Positions 61,765 to 64,000 of a stretch of DNA of 64,000 bases are shown here, piece after piece (position 1 is the stretch's first letter; every line of letters begins with the position of its first letter). The notes under the pieces are model-generated. The model saw only the letters and a program-made list of their open reading frames with translations, ran no database searches and was not told the origin of the DNA. Where the stretch lies: contig JBGAUL010000006.1 in NCBI GenBank assembly GCA_044228685.1, forward strand, positions 74,616-138,615, read 5' to 3'. This stretch comes from Chlorobiota bacterium. Its GTDB lineage: Bacteria > Bacteroidota > Ignavibacteria > Kapaibacteriales > NICIL-2. The translations under genes and the position numbers were made by a program.

Positions 61765-62409
61765 ATGAATCAAACACTGTTCCGCAAGTGCCAAGAACAG
61801 CGCATCGTGCCACGTAGCGTATGCGAAGTTGGTGTGTACCTGCCGGAAACCTCAAATGTGTTGCCCTTCATTGAAGCCGGCATTGCAGCTGTCTTAGTTG
61901 AAGCAGATCCGGAAATCAATATGCGATTGAGGAGCTTTTTTAGTGACAAAGCAAATGTCGAGCTAGTTCCTTACGCTGTTTATCACACAAACGGAACTCT
62001 TGAATTCTGCAGAGCAGGTTCTTCCACTTTCGTGCGTGAACTTGAGAGTTCGCCGGCATTGAAGAACGATCGCTTTGATAAAAGTCAAGCCCAGATTTTT
62101 AGCGTGGAAGCTCGTCGATTTGATGAGATTGATAAAGGCGACATCGATCTCTTGAGCATTGATACCGAAGGCTGCGAGTGGTACGTCCTGAAGTTCATGA
62201 CGAGTCGTCCACGCGTGATATCAGTCGAAACCGGCGTCAAGCGCTACGTCAATCCTCACTTAAACGCCATTCGCGAATGGATGCAGGCAAACGATTATGA
62301 ATTGTGGTATCGCGAAGCGTCGGATAGCGTTTTTGTGCGCAAGGGAGTGTTGCAAGAGACGGACTTTGAGAAATTCAAACGAAAACTGCTCCTGAGTCTT
62401 GGTCTTTAA
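61765..62409 (+). CDS. FkbM-family methyltransferase
   Basis: EVGV, LVEADP, IDLLSIDTEGCEW. Confidence 0.8.
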   Translation: MNQTLFRKCQEQRIVPRSVCEVGVYLPETSNVLPFIEAGIAAVLVEADPEINMRLRSFFSDKANVELVPYAVYHTNGTLEFCRAGSSTFVRELESSPALKNDRFDKSQAQIFSVEARRFDEIDKGDIDLLSIDTEGCEWYVLKFMTSRPRVISVETGVKRYVNPHLNAIREWMQANDYELWYREASDSVFVRKGVLQETDFEKFKRKLLLSLGL

Positions 62410-62490
62410 CACTTGTTTTGCTCTGCCTCCGCCCGCTCTGTCTCGATTGTGCTAAGTTTGCACACGGCAACAATCCATCACAAATCCTGA

Positions 62491-63750
62491 ATGTCACTCT
62501 CGCTCGACGCCTATGGCGCTTTGAGAATACCTGAATTTCGGCGAATACTCCTTACGCGATTTTGTATCACTTTAGCGATACAAATTCAATACATCGCGAT
62601 CGGTTGGCAAGTGTATGCACTCACGCACGACACGCTCGCACTCGGTCTTAGCGGCTTAGCGGAAGCCATTCCATACCTCAGCATTTCACTCATTTCCGGT
62701 TACGTCGCAGATCACTTCAACAGAAAACGCGTGTGGCAGTACACGGTTCTGATTTTGTTTGGTGCCGCCATCACGCTCTTTGTTTACACCCTTCAAAGTG
62801 AATCAATACTTGCCACGTATGGGGCTCGTCCGTTCTACATCGTTGCAGCCCTGACCGGTCTCGCGCGTGGTTTCATGGCACCAACCATGAACTCCTTCTG
62901 GCCGCAATGGGTGCCACGCGAACTCTATGCGAATGCTGCGACGTGGAACACAAACAGTTTTAATAGCGGTGCAATTATTGGTCCTGCAGTTGGTGGATTG
63001 ATTTACGGCAGCTTTGGTCCGCACACGGCCTACGGCGCTGTTATCTGTCTCATCGGCGCTGCTATGATTATCATCACGACCATCCCGTCTAAGCCGGTTC
63101 CTGTTCAGAATAGTGATGAGACGATGGCGCAGAAGCTCACGGCCGGAATGCGTTTTGTATTCCGCAATCAAGTACTGGTTGGAGCTATGGCATTGGACAT
63201 GTTTGCGGTGCTGTTTGGCGGTGCTGTTGCGGTGCTTCCGGCGGTAGCTAAAGATGTGTTGCATGTTGGTCCGCAGGAGTTGGGATTTCTACGGGCTGCA
63301 ATGTCGATTGGATCTATTCTGATGGGCATTGTCATAACGTTCAACCCACCTCATAGAGGAACCGGACGAAAACTGTTTTGGGCAGTGGCGGGTTTTGGTG
63401 CGTGCATGATTGGCTTTGCATTGTCACAGACGCTCTGGCTCTCCTTTAGCATGTTGTTAATGGCCGGTGCATTTGATAATGTGAGCATGGTCATCAGAGG
63501 AAGCATCTCACAACTCATGACGCCGGATGAAATGCGCGGACGTGTATCGGCTGTGAGTGGAATCTTTATCGGCTCGTCAAACGAGATTGGCTCATTTGAA
63601 AGTGGAGCTGCAGCACGACTACTGGGATTGATTCCTTCGATCATTTTTGGTGGCTGCATGACACTCTTGGTTGTGGCAGTTGCATCGATCAGTGCACCAC
63701 GTCTGCGTCAATTTGAAATAGATCATGAAGCTGCAAAGACTTCGTCATAA
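62491..63750 (+). CDS. MFS transporter (EntS/MFS_3-like)
   Basis: GWQVY.LT, LGLSGLAEA, GYVADHFNRK, GPAVGG, LDMFAVLFGGA, MRGRV, SNEIGSFESG. Confidence 0.92.
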   Translation: MSLSLDAYGALRIPEFRRILLTRFCITLAIQIQYIAIGWQVYALTHDTLALGLSGLAEAIPYLSISLISGYVADHFNRKRVWQYTVLILFGAAITLFVYTLQSESILATYGARPFYIVAALTGLARGFMAPTMNSFWPQWVPRELYANAATWNTNSFNSGAIIGPAVGGLIYGSFGPHTAYGAVICLIGAAMIIITTIPSKPVPVQNSDETMAQKLTAGMRFVFRNQVLVGAMALDMFAVLFGGAVAVLPAVAKDVLHVGPQELGFLRAAMSIGSILMGIVITFNPPHRGTGRKLFWAVAGFGACMIGFALSQTLWLSFSMLLMAGAFDNVSMVIRGSISQLMTPDEMRGRVSAVSGIFIGSSNEIGSFESGAAARLLGLIPSIIFGGCMTLLVVAVASISAPRLRQFEIDHEAAKTSS

Positions 63751-63811
63751 TTTGCGCACTCAAGCGCTTACAGCGGCAACAACTGACATTACAAACTTTG
63801 TGTTTATCAAT

Positions 63812-64000
63812 ATGCAGTTACATACTAGAACCCGTATTGTGCTTTGTTTTTGGATTGTAGCGCTGTGTCTCAGCAGCTCCGTCTTCGCTCAGCAAGATTC
63901 CACTTCAACAGATTCAACTGATGCGCCTAATGGTATATCAGTTGGACCCGGAGGAGTCAGTTTTAGCGCCGGCTTGGGACTAAGCGTTCGACGTCCCGGA
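63812..64000 (+). CDS. exported protein, N-terminus only (runs off window)
   Basis: ATG at 63812, open to window end; signal peptide MQLHTRTRIVLCFWIVALCLSSSVFA-Q. Confidence 0.6.
   Translation, partial: MQLHTRTRIVLCFWIVALCLSSSVFAQQDSTSTDSTDAPNGISVGPGGVSFSAGLGLSVRRPG

Noticed and set aside
1-64000. CRISPR arrays, IS elements, prophage, defence or retroelement genes, recoded stop codons
   Set aside because: No regularly spaced repeats and no transposase, integrase, RT or nuclease motifs seen by eye; conserved genes translate full-length with code 11

Overview
A gene-dense chromosomal segment (about 51 CDS and one tRNA-Ser(GCT)). It most likely comes from a Bacteroidota-related FCB bacterium of the Ca. 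Kapabacteria/Ignavibacteria type. That assignment is inference from four proteins with T9SS-type C-terminal sorting domains, a YCF48 + Ig/ASH-repeat giant protein and recurrent TAn(n)TTTG promoter-like motifs. Most genes are scattered housekeeping genes (purM, purC, nadAB, pdxA, rodA, pdp, dacB, gcvH, mutS, ruvB, cdd, truA, thiN, secA, oxyR). I saw no integrase, transposase, prophage or CRISPR array. The best leads are: (1) an uncharacterised three-gene envelope cluster (OmpA-domain protein, helical exported protein, 808-aa metzincin-motif protein) after secA; (2) a DUF1800/DUF1501 pair in which DUF1501 has both a twin-arginine leader and a T9SS-like CTD while DUF1800 has no signal; (3) an RdgB-CMD fusion; (4) a stand-alone C-terminal half of MetH; (5) oxyR whose divergent operator faces a small unannotated ORF instead of catalase/AhpC. 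All family calls are from motif recognition by eye; no searches were run. Several starts were moved from the ORF track to a more plausible downstream ATG.
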